64,000 nt of DNA from Candidatus Eiseniibacteriota bacterium (GTDB lineage Bacteria; Eisenbacteria; RBG-16-71-46; JABDJR01): positions 448,001 to 512,000 of the forward strand of contig CAVXKA010000003.1 in the NCBI GenBank assembly GCA_963762255.1, read 5' to 3'. A program made the position numbers and the translations under genes. Each line of letters opens with the position of its first letter. Within the stretch, counting starts at the first letter, position 1. Under the pieces are notes generated by a model that searched no databases, was not told the origin of the DNA, and was given only the letters and a program-made list of their open reading frames with translations. Below, in pieces: positions 34,607 to 45,503 of this stretch.

Positions 34607-37600
34607 TCAGTCCGTGATCATGACGTCCACGCGATCGTTCCCGCCGTGAACCTTGATGAGCCGATCGACTTCGTCCAGGAGCCGAACCGCGAGGACCGGG
34701 GCCCGACTCAGGTTGTTCTCCGCGCCCAGGACCTCCAACTCCGCCGCGATCCGGCTGACATCCAGGGCCGACACGCTGGCCGCGGACCCCTTCAGCCGAT
34801 GTGCGGAGCTGCTCAGCGCGGCGGCATCCTGCCGGCCCGCCGAATCCGCGACGTCCTGCGCGTAGGACCGCACGAGGGCCAGAAACATCTGCACAAGACG
34901 CTCGGCCATGACGGTCTTGCCCATGCATCGATGCACAAGGCTCGGGAAGTCGATCGGATCCCCTGGCGGCGCGGGGAGGGGCGAAGTCGGAGCTTCGATC
35001 GAGGTCGTATCGCAAGCCGAAACATCCTCGAGGATGACGGGCGCATTTCGGGCCGCTGGCTCTCGCTCGGGGGCCTTCATCCACTGCATCAGGGTGTCGG
35101 CGAGCTTATCGGGATCCAGGGGCTTGGTCAGGAAATCGTCCATGCCGGCGTGGAGGCAGAACGTCGCGATCCCCCTTCATCGCGTGCGCGGTGAGAGCGA
35201 TGATGGGCACGCGCCGCCTACCGGTCGGCCCGGCTTCCGTCCTCTCCCACTCCCGGATGATCCCCGTCGCCTCATAGCCGTCCATGATCGGCATCTGGCA
35301 GTCCATCAGGACGAGATCCGCCCGCCCCGCCCGGACCGCTTCGATAGCCTCACGTCCGTTGACGGCGTGGAGACACGTGAAGCCCAACTCAGCGATCAGC
35401 TCGCTCGCGACCTCGCGGTTGATCTCGTTGTCTTCCGCAAGCAGAACCACCCCGTCCCGCCTCGTTTGGGTCAACGCAGGCGCCGCTGGGAGCGGGACGG
35501 GTTTGGGGTGTCGGACAACCGACACGGCGCCGCTCGCCGCGGTCACGACGGCGTCGTAGAGCTCCGAGGCGCGAGCGGGCTTGGGGACAGAGGCCGCGAA
35601 AAGCGAGACCGCGTCGTCCGCGGCAACCTGCAACTGCGCTACGCCGCTGAGGAGAACGAGACCGGTGCCGCGGAGGGCCGGATCTTCCTTGATCAATTGA
35701 GCCATGGCGATGCCATCCACTCCCGGCATTCTCCAGTCCAGGATGGCCACGTGGAACGGCCTTCTCTCTCGGACGGCCGCGCGGAGCGCTTCCAGACCCG
35801 ATGCGGCGTCCGGTGCGACCTGCGCGATCCCCTTCCAGGAGGTGATGGTCTCGGACACGATGCCCAGGGTCGTTTGGCAATCGTCGACGATGAGGACGCG
35901 AAGTCCCTTCAGGCCGCAGGGAGCGGAAGCGTTTGTGATCGCCTCGGCGTCCGCCCGCTTGAGCCGGGCCGTGAACCAGAAATTGGAGCCGCAGCCGGGC
36001 TCACTCTCCACGCCGATGTCCCCGCCCATGAGTTCGCAGAGTTGGCGGCAGATGGCCAGGCCGAGGCCCGTTCCACCGTGGATTCGGGACATGGAGCTGT
36101 CCACCTGGGAGAACGCGTCGAACACCATCTCCTGCTTCTCAGGGGCGATGCCGCACCCGGTGTCGCGAACCGAGAAACACAGGACGGCGACATCGGGCAG
36201 ATCCTCCTGCAACGCGCACGTGAGAGTGACTTCCCCGCGCTCCGTGAACTTCAGAGCGTTCCCGATGAGGTTGACCAGGATCTGCCGGAGCCGCTCGGGA
36301 TCTCCGCGCAGCAGTCGCGGGACTCCGCTCTCGAGTCGACAGGCAAGCTCGACTCCGCCGGCCTCCGCCCTCTCCGCAAAGACACTCACCGCCGCGTCCA
36401 TCACGTCGGGCATCGAGAACGCGGATTCCTGCAACTCCATGCGGCCCGCTTCGATCTTCGAGAAGTCGAGTACGTCTCCGATCACGGTGAGGAGCGTGCC
36501 GGCCGCCGTGACGGCGCTGGTGACGTATCGGTCCTGCCTCGCGTCCAGTTCGGTCCGATGGAGCAGATGGAGCATCCCCATGACCCCGGTGATGGGAGTG
36601 CGGATCTCGTGGCTCATGTTGGCAAGGAATTGCGATTTCGCCTCGCTCGCCGCCTCCGCCGCTTCCTTGGCCAGAATAAGAGCCTTCCGTCCATCGTCCC
36701 GCTCGATCGCCGCCCCCAGGGTATGTGCAGCGGCACGGAAGCTCGTGATCTCAGCATCGGACCAGATCCGTTCGTGCCGACATTCAACCACGCCGATCGT
36801 CCCCCACCACCGGCCCGCCACGTGGATGGGAACCAGGGCCAGAGAGCGAATGCCTAGGGCCGACAAGGGATCCCATTCGCTCTTGGGGAAGTCCGACTTC
36901 GTCCCCACCAGAGGTTGGCCGCCGCTGAGGATCGGCACCCAGCGTCCGAGGCCGGCTCCCTCGTAGGGCAAGTTCTGCAGCAGGGGGTCGTTCAACTCGG
37001 ACACGGCGTGGAAAGTGACCCACTCGTAGCGCTGGCTCATCCCGAGCCCCTTGCCCGGCACGTCGTGGTTCTCAAAGACACGCACGCGGCTGACATCTGC
37101 GGCTCGACCGAGGCGGCCAAGCACCTCCTGGATTACGTTCTTCCAGTCATCCGCGGAGAGGAACTGTTGCGCGGCAAAGCGAACCGCCTGCAGCATCGTG
37201 TCGCGCTGGAGAAGAGACTCCGTCATCCGGTTGAAGCTCGCACCCAGTTCTCCGACTTCGTCTTCGGAGGAGACGCTCGCCCGAACAGAGAGGTCGCCCT
37301 CGGCCAGCTTCAACACGGCCTTGCGCAATCGCATGATGGGCCGGGTGAGCTGACGGGCATAGAGGATCGATGCCAGGAAGCCGAGGATCAGGCAGAGGAC
37401 CACGGCGAGGCTCGTCCGGCTGTAGAGTGCGTGGACATTTTCCGTGTAGCTGCGCAACGACAACCCGACGTGGATCCACCCCCACTGAATGCCGGAGTAG
37501 TCGAAGGGCCGCGAGTAGTGATACACGTCGGTCAGGGCCGTGCCGGCCCGGCGGATGGATCCGCGCGCCACGCGCTCGCTCGGGAGCCAGGGACCGGCGA

Positions 37601-37979
37601 GTTCTTCGGTTCGCCAGCCCGTTCGATCGTGGATGAGTGAGAAACCGTCCTTGCGGGTCAGCACGAGATACTCGATGGATTCATCCTCGGCCAGGATGCG
37701 CGTGCAGTGGTCGACGATCGTGCTGTAGTCCTCGGAAACGGCGGCCCCGGCCGCGACATCCTGTAGCGATGCGGCCACGCCGTGAGCCTTGGAGGCCAGG
37801 TTTTCCAATAGGGCCGTGCGCTGACCCGGGACCACGAGGGCGATGAAGATACCCAGAGTCGCCATGGCCAAGAGCCACGAGAGCAGGGCCGTGCGGGCGA
37901 GGATGCCGAGGGAGCGGCGCGGCCGGCGGAGGGGCCACGTCGGCCGCCGGACGACGGCGCTGGAAGTCCCCGCGGTCAT
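34607..37979 (-). CDS. Hybrid sensor histidine kinase (TM-periplasmic-TM-HAMP-GAF-HisKA-HATPase-REC-REC-Hpt); frameshift near 35160
   Basis: [35 protein letters not shown] and two receiver domains. ORF 34607..35143 continues the last receiver ([10 protein letters not shown]) and carries the Hpt motif AHRLKGSA; one extra base separates the frames. Confidence 0.88.
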
Positions 37980-38953
37980 CGGCCCCCTCCATCCGCAGCG
38001 CGTTCCGGCCCGGCCGTCGGAGTGACCCGGGCACTCGCCTTGACTCCGAGGCGACTCCACGTCTGCATCAGCTCACGGCTGGTCTCCAGCGCACCGGGAG
38101 AGAGGATAACCACACCACCGCACTGCATCAGGTCCAGGATCTGCCGCCCGGCGGCGCTGCTGTTCAAGTTGAGGATCGCATCGATCAGATTCTGGCGAAA
38201 ATGCGGCCTGAAATCGCGCCGGAGGAACGAGACCATCGGGATTACACCCGGCGATTTCTCGAGAACGCGAAGATCCCTTCCCACCTGGGGATTCAACTCC
38301 GCCATGGTCTGGAAACCATCACGGGTGACGAGGCAGGCCTTCGCTTGTCCGAAGAAGACCGGTAGCACGACCGCGGAGAGCTTGATGTTGGGTTCGATCC
38401 TGCCGAAGAAATCCGCCGCCGATCCGATCCCCCGCTCCGCCAGCCGCAGTTCCACCCAGGGAATGGCCAGCGATGTACGAGGGCTATCGAATGTCCTGAG
38501 GTCCGCTCCGCGGAGATCGGTGAGTTGTTTGTAGGCGCTCTCGCGCCGGACCAGAATGACGTACTCGACGGTACACACCCCACCCTGGTTTACGGCGAAG
38601 ACCGGATCGGCATCCAGCCGGTCTTCGAACCGGAGGTAATCGAGCATGGTCAAGCTGCCGAGATCGGCGCGTTTCGCTTCGAAGAGCTTGACCACCGTTT
38701 CCGCGTCCGGGAAGACCTCAACGTCGGAATACGCGTTGACCGCCATCTCATCGGCCAAGGCCCTGCCCCAGACCTTGATCGCTGCCTTGATGTCGTTCTC
38801 TGCAATCTGCCGGAAAATGCTTGCGGTGTATGCGACACGCACCGGGATGGCGTCGGATCCGCGCAGGGGATCCGGACTTCCGGCCTCTGCCGATCCGAGA
38901 AGGACGGGAAACAATACCGCTGTAATCAGGCCGATTCGCCCGCCGAGGGTCAT
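37976..38953 (-). CDS. PhnD/SsuA-like periplasmic substrate-binding protein
   Basis: Signal peptide; YVILVR.ES....[32 protein letters not shown] and GRQIL. Confidence 0.75.
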   Translation of the reverse strand: MTLGGRIGLITAVLFPVLLGSAEAGSPDPLRGSDAIPVRVAYTASIFRQIAENDIKAAIKVWGRALADEMAVNAYSDVEVFPDAETVVKLFEAKRADLGSLTMLDYLRFEDRLDADPVFAVNQGGVCTVEYVILVRRESAYKQLTDLRGADLRTFDSPRTSLAIPWVELRLAERGIGSAADFFGRIEPNIKLSAVVLPVFFGQAKACLVTRDGFQTMAELNPQVGRDLRVLEKSPGVIPMVSFLRRDFRPHFRQNLIDAILNLNSSAAGRQILDLMQCGGVVILSPGALETSRELMQTWSRLGVKASARVTPTAGPERAADGGGR

Positions 38954-39912
38954 CGCCCACCGCCTGCGGGTGCATTGCGAGAGGCCCCGGTTCCCCGTTG
39001 CGCTTTCAGTCGTTGATAGGTCGCAAGAAGCTGGCGCGCTCCATCGATCTCTGAGGCAGGGATTTCGGCGAGTGTGTCCACATGAAAGAGGTTGAGGAGT
39101 TGCTTTCCGGAGGGAGTCGTATGCCACAACTTGACTTCTTCCTGCAGATTGATCGCCAGCGCCTCGTCGGTCCTGGCCCGGATATAGGACAGAGAAGGCA
39201 ACAACCTGGGGGAGGTCGCAAGGACTCGAAGCTGACTGCCGACCTGGGGATTCATTTCACTCAGGGTTTCCAACCCGCCGCGGGTGACGACACATGCGTC
39301 GGCCTGCCGAAAGAAGACCGGTAAGACGACGTCGGACAGCTTCCTCACCTGGGTCACCTGCGCGAAGTGTCCGCTCGCCGGCGGAAGGCCTTCCCCAAGC
39401 AGTATGGTGTCCAGCCACAGTGGAGCCAGACAAGCCAGCGAGTTCTCATGCATGCGAACGGTCCGTCCCTTCAGCCCGGCCAAGTCGCGAATGTTCGCGT
39501 CCTGATGAACCAAGAGCAGGTATTCCACCAGGTACTCACCACCGGCGATGCCGGCAATGACACTGGCCTGTTCCGGGTTCATGCCAAGCCCCAAGTACTC
39601 GTCCACGGTCAGGGTGATGAGATCGAGCTGACCGGTCTCCAATGCGGCGGCGAGAGCCGCAAGGCCGTCGACGACCTGCGCGTCGGGTTCCGCCTGGATG
39701 TGGCGATCGCGAGCCAGAGCCGCGGCCCACGCCTTGACCGCCGCCTTGGCGTCGCTCTCATGAACATCGGTGAACATTCGGGAGGAAAAGACCAGGCGGA
39801 ATCGCACGGGTGCGCTCGTCGGGCCTTCCGCCTGGACCGTCGCCGCCTGCGCCAGGCAAGCCAGCAGAAGGGCAGCGGTGCACCACCACGAGCGCATCGG
39901 CGTCGACCTCAA
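38950..39912 (-). CDS. PhnD/SsuA-like periplasmic substrate-binding protein (paralogue)
   Basis: Signal peptide; YLLLVH.D....LAGLKG, VVLPVFFRQADAC and EMNPQVGSQLRVLATSP. Start is TTG 39912 (TTGA overlap) or ATG 39897. Confidence 0.75.
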   Translation of the reverse strand: MRSTPMRSWWCTAALLLACLAQAATVQAEGPTSAPVRFRLVFSSRMFTDVHESDAKAAVKAWAAALARDRHIQAEPDAQVVDGLAALAAALETGQLDLITLTVDEYLGLGMNPEQASVIAGIAGGEYLVEYLLLVHQDANIRDLAGLKGRTVRMHENSLACLAPLWLDTILLGEGLPPASGHFAQVTQVRKLSDVVLPVFFRQADACVVTRGGLETLSEMNPQVGSQLRVLATSPRLLPSLSYIRARTDEALAINLQEEVKLWHTTPSGKQLLNLFHVDTLAEIPASEIDGARQLLATYQRLKAQRGTGASRNAPAGGGR

Positions 39913-41378
39913 CGACCCGGCTCCAGAAGCCTCGCGACTTCCGTGCCGACCACCAGATCGAGGCGGGACCGAAGCACCAGCCGGTCATAGCGCGTCTTGT
40001 AGTGTTGGGCCTGCATGAGAGCCTCCACCAATTGCGCCCGGATGACGTCCTCCGTCTCCACCAGCTCGTTCTGGTAGGCCCGCGTATTCAGATCGCGGTT
40101 CTCCTCGGCTGCCTGCATCGCGTCCAGCGTCGCCTGGTACTGCTTCTGCGTGGCACTCAGGCCCAGCAGGATTTCCTTCACCCGGATGCCGATCCCCTCA
40201 TGCAGGAGAAGGCCCTTCTCGTTCGTCTCGTTCCATCTCGCGCGGGCTTCGGCCACACGATTGCGGGTCAGGAATCCGTCAAAGAGGGAAACCTCCATCA
40301 TCACACCGATGGTCCAGCCGCCCTTGTTCTTGCTGGTGGCCATGCCCGACTCCATATCGTTCCACCACCCGTGCAGATCGCCTGTCAGCGCGACCCTCGG
40401 GAAGTACTGGCTCTCGGCAGTCCGCACGGCGCCATCCAGCGCCTTGAGACCGGCCTCCAACTTTCCCCAGTCCGGGCTGAATTCGTAGGCGGACCTGACG
40501 AGTTGATCGAGGTCGGCGTCAAAGGGTTCAAACGGGATCTGCGTCGCCGCGGGACGCGCGCTCTCGCTCCAGGGCAAACCCATGCTGTTGGCCAGCGCGG
40601 CCCGGGCCATCGCTTCGTTCTTCTCCAGCACCGCCACCATGGCGCGGATCGACTCGACCATGATCTTGTTGTCGAGGAAGTCGGTCTTCTTGACCGTGCC
40701 GGAGCCCTCCTTGTACATCGTCTCCGTCAGGTCCAACGTGGCCTGCATGCGCTCGAGGGTGAGGGTGCCGATCTCCCGCAGTTGCCGCGCCAGCACCGCG
40801 CCGTAGTAGTAGCGCTTGACCGTATCGACGATTTCGAGGTCGGTGCGGCGGGCCTCGTGCCGTTGCATCTCGAGCTGCCCCTGGGACTGTTCGCGATACC
40901 CTTTCCGCATCCCCCCGTCCCAGAGGAGCCACACCAGATTGGCGGACCCGAGGAACGAGTCAGGGTCCATGAGCGTCACGTCTTGCTCCGGGATCGGAAA
41001 GGCGAGTCCGGCCCCGGAGCCCTGTAAGTCGATCGTGATGCTGCTCGCCGGGAAGAGGAAGTCGGGGGATTCATCCAGGTGCTGGAAGCCCCCCTTGAGT
41101 TGAACCTGCGGCCAATATCCGGCGAGAGCCTGCCTGTGCTGCGCCTCCGCTGCGGCCACGGCGAACTGCGAGGCAGGGCGCAGGTGAGTGGTCTTGAGTG
41201 CGGCGTCGATGCACTCTTCCAGGGTCCATTCCCGTCCCGACACCGAAGACTCCCCAAGCGTCGCCGCCTCGTGTGCGCACGCGACATCGAGAAGCGGGGC
41301 AAGGAGTAGCAGAGTTACAGCGACAACCCCAACGACAGTTGAAGCAGTTCGGATCCGTCCGAAGTCTATCGCGGCCAC
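39909..41378 (-). CDS. TolC-family outer membrane protein
   Basis: Signal peptide; WTLEECIDAAL, YWPQVQL, LWDGG, YFPRVAL and SLFDGF.T..RV.EA in two OEP repeats; SD AGGAGG before the GTG start. Confidence 0.85.
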   Translation of the reverse strand: MAAIDFGRIRTASTVVGVVAVTLLLLAPLLDVACAHEAATLGESSVSGREWTLEECIDAALKTTHLRPASQFAVAAAEAQHRQALAGYWPQVQLKGGFQHLDESPDFLFPASSITIDLQGSGAGLAFPIPEQDVTLMDPDSFLGSANLVWLLWDGGMRKGYREQSQGQLEMQRHEARRTDLEIVDTVKRYYYGAVLARQLREIGTLTLERMQATLDLTETMYKEGSGTVKKTDFLDNKIMVESIRAMVAVLEKNEAMARAALANSMGLPWSESARPAATQIPFEPFDADLDQLVRSAYEFSPDWGKLEAGLKALDGAVRTAESQYFPRVALTGDLHGWWNDMESGMATSKNKGGWTIGVMMEVSLFDGFLTRNRVAEARARWNETNEKGLLLHEGIGIRVKEILLGLSATQKQYQATLDAMQAAEENRDLNTRAYQNELVETEDVIRAQLVEALMQAQHYKTRYDRLVLRSRLDLVVGTEVARLLEPGR

Positions 41379-41808
41379 TCTGAGCCTCCTTCAAGGTCGT
41401 CGCGCGCCGCGATCCGGCCAAATCCGTTCCGGGCAAGAGCGCTGACCCGCAGGACAGGAAGGTGGGGAGTGAACACTTCCCGTGTCTTGGTTCCAGGCCG
41501 CGCCGGACAAGTACCTACGCACTGAGATCGGCCTGAGAACCGCAATCACTTAGACGGGATTGGGAGAATGTGCCTTCTGTCGAGGTCGAAGTCACGGAGC
41601 CGGTTGACTCGGTCGAGCAAGGCCGCCGACGGAATGGAATTCCACAGTCAATTTCCACTTCCTGATCATGCAATTATCAATCCTAGGTGTCAGAGTGGCA
41701 CCTCCGTGCCGCCCACACGCGCGCGTGGCCGGACCAGAGAGGCGGGGGTGCAGCCTCGGACCTCCAAGTTCTTCCAAGGACACAGACCGGAAGTCACCGT
41801 GAATCATC

Positions 41809-41843
41809 AAAAAAGCCGCCCCCGGCAAGGCCGGGGGCGGCTT
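41809..41843 (-). terminator. Rho-independent terminator
   Basis: Minus strand: stem AAGCCGCCCCCGGC / GCCGGGGGCGGCTT running into a T6 tract, 25 bp after the stop at 41869. Confidence 0.85.
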
Positions 41844-41868
41844 GGGAAACTGGGATCTTCAGAACCGT

Positions 41869-42659
41869 CTAGTACTGGGACTTGATCTTGCCCCAGGTGG
41901 TCTCCTGGACCGCGATCGGATCCAGAGGCTCGAACTCGATGTTCGTCCAAGAGACATGCAGCGAATCCAGACCGGACTGTCCTAGGAAGTACTGCATGTA
42001 CCCGCCGGCACGCGCGATGCTCAGGATACCCCAGGAGCCGTGACCTTCGGCCGCATTGCCCTCGTCCATCGGCAGGGGGCCGCTGGAGTAGGTGTTGCTG
42101 TTGTAGACAACGGTGTAGGTCATCGTGCCGGGGTGGGCCGCATCCAGCCAGTTCGCCTGGTACAGGAGTTCCAGGTGGATCACGTCACCGCGCACGTAGC
42201 TGATGCCGTGGCTGGCAGTGAAGGAGTAGAAAGGAAGACGGCCACCGAAGACCGCGATCTCGCCGTCGCCGACGCGAACGTTGAACCGGCCGTCGACATC
42301 CAGCGACCACCACGGGGAGAGCATTTCAAACCGGCTTCACCCTGCCCGAGGCCGGTGATCTGCAGATCCGCAGCCATGCGGAAGGAGTCTTGGTTCCAGA
42401 GCGGACACGCGGTGGCGCCGAGGTCGTTGGAGAAGCTCCAGGTGTGCAGGTTGGCCCAACCGGTATAGCCGACGTTGACATCGTCGTACCAGATCTCGGT
42501 CGGATAGTTGTTCAGCGAGGTGAGAACCGTGAAAGGACCGTCGTTGAACACGCGAGGAATCAGGATCGCGCTGTTCATGACCGCCGTCGCGGAAGCGATG
42601 GCGGGCGTCAGGGTCGCGAGCAGCGCGACCCCCAGGACCAAGTAGCTGATTCGTCTCAT
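41869..42659 (-). CDS. Secreted protein of unknown function with C-terminal TTWGKIKSQY motif; frameshift near 42326
   Basis: SD GAGGAGG and a signal peptide. ORFs 42180..42659 and 41869..42324 join as GEAGL/MLSPWW; the protein ends PIAVQETTWGKIKSQY. Confidence 0.75.
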
Positions 42660-42749
42660 CGTTGCGTTACCTCCTCAGCGTATGTTGCTGTGCGCATCGT
42701 GGCGCGCGAGATCCGGGTGACTTGACGCTCCCATCCCCGCGCACCTTGT

Positions 42750-42758
42750 ATTGTACCA
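42750..42758 (-). promoter_or_regulatory. Extended -10 promoter element
   Basis: The minus strand reads TGgTACAAT about 90 bp upstream of ATG 42659. Confidence 0.45.
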
Positions 42759-42830
42759 GTTTCCCTATCCACCAAACCAACGCTCTTCATGCAAGAGCAC
42801 CAAAATCGACCTTTAGATGACCCGTCCGCC

Positions 42831-44465
42831 TCATTTGAGCACGATGCACGGCTTCCCGAGGCTCGTACCGGCGTGCTCCAGGCGGTAGAAGTAGACGCCG
42901 CTGGGGAGCCCGGCGGCGTCCAACCGCACCTCGTGCTCCCCCTCTTCCTGCACGCCCTCCAGAAGCATCCTCACCCGCCGACCTGCGACGTCGAACAGAG
43001 CCAGGGAGACCTGGCCCGCTTCAGCGAGCCGGAACCGGATCGAGGACGTCCCCCGGAAGGGGTTGGGCGTGTTCTGGGCCAAAACCACCGGCACACGACC
43101 GCCCGTCGAACCGCCCTCCACACCGGTGGTCGAGGTGAACCCGGCAGCTTGCAGGCCCCGCTGGATGTCGGGGTTCTGCATGAAGCGGTTCCACACTCTG
43201 CCCGTGCGGTAGTTCTCGATCATGATGATGATGGGACCCTGATCGATCCCGATGTAGTCGGGCCCCCACCAGTTCAGGGTGAGGTTGAAGGCATCCTTGA
43301 AACCGTACGGCCCCCAGAGCTGTGCTCCATAGGTGTCATACATATTGTGCAGGGTCGGAATCACCTCGTCCGGCGCGAACGCGATCGAGCTTGCCGGTGC
43401 GGTCGGGGTGATGGTGCCGTCATCGTTCTGGATAGGCGGCGCGCCCCGAGCGGCGTACCCGTACGGTCCGTCGGAGGCGGTGAGCCCCCAGAGGTTCGGC
43501 CCGTAGCCCACGAAGTGCCCGGGGTTGGCGATGCAGTACGCCCGCTGTGCGAGAGTCGCCCGCCGGGAGTTCTCGAAGTAGGTGATCCCCTTCGCCGCCA
43601 TGTAGGCGTCCTGGATGAACTTGAAGTTGATCCAGCAATGCGAGTACTGGTGTCCGAAGAGCGGGGGGAATCTCACGAAGGAGTACGCGCCGTACGTGTA
43701 CCAGGCGTACCCGCTGGTCCACGTGGTCCACGCGCTGGCGGGCACCGCGTTCGTCGGCGAGCCCAGAGCCAGGAGGTAGAGGATCATCGCCTCGTTGTAG
43801 CCGATCCACTGGCCATAACCGCTGAAACCGGTCTCCGGCTTCCATCCCATCAGGATGCCCGGATTCCCGTTCCGCATGAAGTTCCAGTCCGCGCGGTAGT
43901 AGATGGAATCGGCGTACTGCCGCACTAGAGCGTCAAGGGGGTCACTGGTCGAGAAGTACTGCTTGGCGTCGATGATGCCGGCGAAGAGGAGCGCGGTGTC
44001 GATCGTCGACAGCTCGCATGTCCACGTACGGTAGCCGGTGCCCATCTCGAGGAAATGATAGTAGAGCCCCTTGTAGCCGATGGTGCCGGTCGTCCCGGTT
44101 CCCTGGGGCTTGGACCAGAGGGTTTGCAGCGCGGCGAGTACGCGGTCCCGCCCCTGGGTCTTGGTGATCCAACCGTGATCGATGCCGACGCAGATGGCGG
44201 AGAGCCCGAACCCCAGCGAGGCAATGCTGCACGGAGACCAGGACGTGTTCCGGTCCTTGATGAGCCCTGTACTCGTGTTGGCCTCGTTCCAGAAGTAGTT
44301 GAATGCGGTGTGCTGAAGGGTGTCGAGCAGCGCGTCCGTGGTCAGCGACTGGGGGGCCGAGGCCGGGGCACTTGCCGCGAAAGGGCCCGGACCCTGAGCG
44401 AAGGCCGGTGCCGGACCGACGAAGCAGACCAGCGAGGCGAGCGCGAGCACGATGATGCGAGTCAT
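42831..44465 (-). CDS. GH144 endo-beta-1,2-glucanase (glycoamylase-like) with T9SS type-A-like C-terminal domain
   Basis: STIDTALL.AG, GYNEAMILY.LALGSPT, PLFGHQYSH, WGLTASD, DGTITPTA and GIDQGPI..MIENYRTG. CTD: LAQNTPNPF...FDVAGRRV...LPSGVYFYRL. Confidence 0.88.
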   Translation of the reverse strand: MTRIIVLALASLVCFVGPAPAFAQGPGPFAASAPASAPQSLTTDALLDTLQHTAFNYFWNEANTSTGLIKDRNTSWSPCSIASLGFGLSAICVGIDHGWITKTQGRDRVLAALQTLWSKPQGTGTTGTIGYKGLYYHFLEMGTGYRTWTCELSTIDTALLFAGIIDAKQYFSTSDPLDALVRQYADSIYYRADWNFMRNGNPGILMGWKPETGFSGYGQWIGYNEAMILYLLALGSPTNAVPASAWTTWTSGYAWYTYGAYSFVRFPPLFGHQYSHCWINFKFIQDAYMAAKGITYFENSRRATLAQRAYCIANPGHFVGYGPNLWGLTASDGPYGYAARGAPPIQNDDGTITPTAPASSIAFAPDEVIPTLHNMYDTYGAQLWGPYGFKDAFNLTLNWWGPDYIGIDQGPIIIMIENYRTGRVWNRFMQNPDIQRGLQAAGFTSTTGVEGGSTGGRVPVVLAQNTPNPFRGTSSIRFRLAEAGQVSLALFDVAGRRVRMLLEGVQEEGEHEVRLDAAGLPSGVYFYRLEHAGTSLGKPCIVLK

Positions 44466-44474
44466 TGCAGCCCC

Positions 44475-45503
44475 TTAGAAGGTCACGGCGAAGGTCATTC
44501 GATGCGTTTCCTGGAGTCTCGAATGGTCCGCCCATGCGTAATCGAACTGGAAGGAGTTGGCGCCGAGATTCCCACGAAGGCCGAGTCCGAGGGCCAGGCC
44601 GACGTCCGAATCCTCCTGGAACAGGCTCTGATATCCCGCCCGAAGAGCTACCGTGTTCTTCCACGACCACTCCGCCCCCCCGCTCACACTCTCGGTGTTG
44701 TCGCTGGGGTGAAAGGCGTCCACGGCGAAGAGCAAGCGGCTGTCGGGACTGAGCTGGCGCGGCAGGCTCATTCCCACCCGAAACAGGATCGGGACCGGGA
44801 ACTCGTCGGTGAGGCGCTTCCCGGGAAGCGAGCTGTTGTCACCGTTCTGGGAAGGGTCGTTGTCGTACTGGATCGCGAGGTCGCGCCCGTCGAATGCGGT
44901 ACGCGTGCCCAAGTTGGATAGGCTCGAACCGATCCTGAGTCCGTCCTCGGACACTCGGTACAGAGTTCCCACGCTGAGGGTGAAGGCGTTCAGCGAACTG
45001 TGCCAGATCGTCTCGTTGATGTAGTTGACCTGGATTCCCGCCGCGAACCGCGAAGTGATCTCCCGCCCGTAGCCCAGACTGAGCGCGACATCGGACACCG
45101 TGTAGCGCTCACCCGTCCCCAGGGGCTGATCCACCGTGCGCACGTCGATGTCGCCCGAGTTCAGCGTGGTCACGCTGCCGAAGAGCGCCCCCCATTGGCG
45201 CAGTGGGAGCACTCCGGCCGCGTAGTCGTAGGTGATGTCCGCATACCAGTTGCTGTGGGTGAATTGCAGGGCCGGCCGGTCCAGCGGCCCGAGCGCCGCC
45301 GGGTTGTAGTAGACGGATTGGATGCCGTCGTAGATCGAGACGCCGGCGTTGCCCATGGCGGCGATGCGCGCGCTGGGTTCGATGCCCAGGAACTGCCCGA
45401 TGGCGGTTCCCGTCTTGCTCTGCGCGAACGCCGGCCCCGATGCCAGCACGACGGCCAGGACCGCCGCTCCCACCGCTTTCCTCATGACCGCTCCCATGCT
45501 CAT
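44475..45503 (-). CDS. PorV/PorQ-family outer membrane beta-barrel
   Basis: Signal peptide; GQFL.I.PSAR.AAMG.A, YYNPA.L, ALRAGY, FDYAW and a C-terminal Phe; ATGA overlap with the upstream gene. Confidence 0.85.
   Translation of the reverse strand: MSMGAVMRKAVGAAVLAVVLASGPAFAQSKTGTAIGQFLGIEPSARIAAMGNAGVSIYDGIQSVYYNPAALGPLDRPALQFTHSNWYADITYDYAAGVLPLRQWGALFGSVTTLNSGDIDVRTVDQPLGTGERYTVSDVALSLGYGREITSRFAAGIQVNYINETIWHSSLNAFTLSVGTLYRVSEDGLRIGSSLSNLGTRTAFDGRDLAIQYDNDPSQNGDNSSLPGKRLTDEFPVPILFRVGMSLPRQLSPDSRLLFAVDAFHPSDNTESVSGGAEWSWKNTVALRAGYQSLFQEDSDVGLALGLGLRGNLGANSFQFDYAWADHSRLQETHRMTFAVTF

Noticed and set aside
41400-41800. Riboswitch, ncRNA or small ORFs upstream of tolC
   Set aside because: No recognisable aptamer motif (e.g. 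c-di-GMP-I) and no convincing coding signal. An Rfam/Infernal search would be needed to exclude it.
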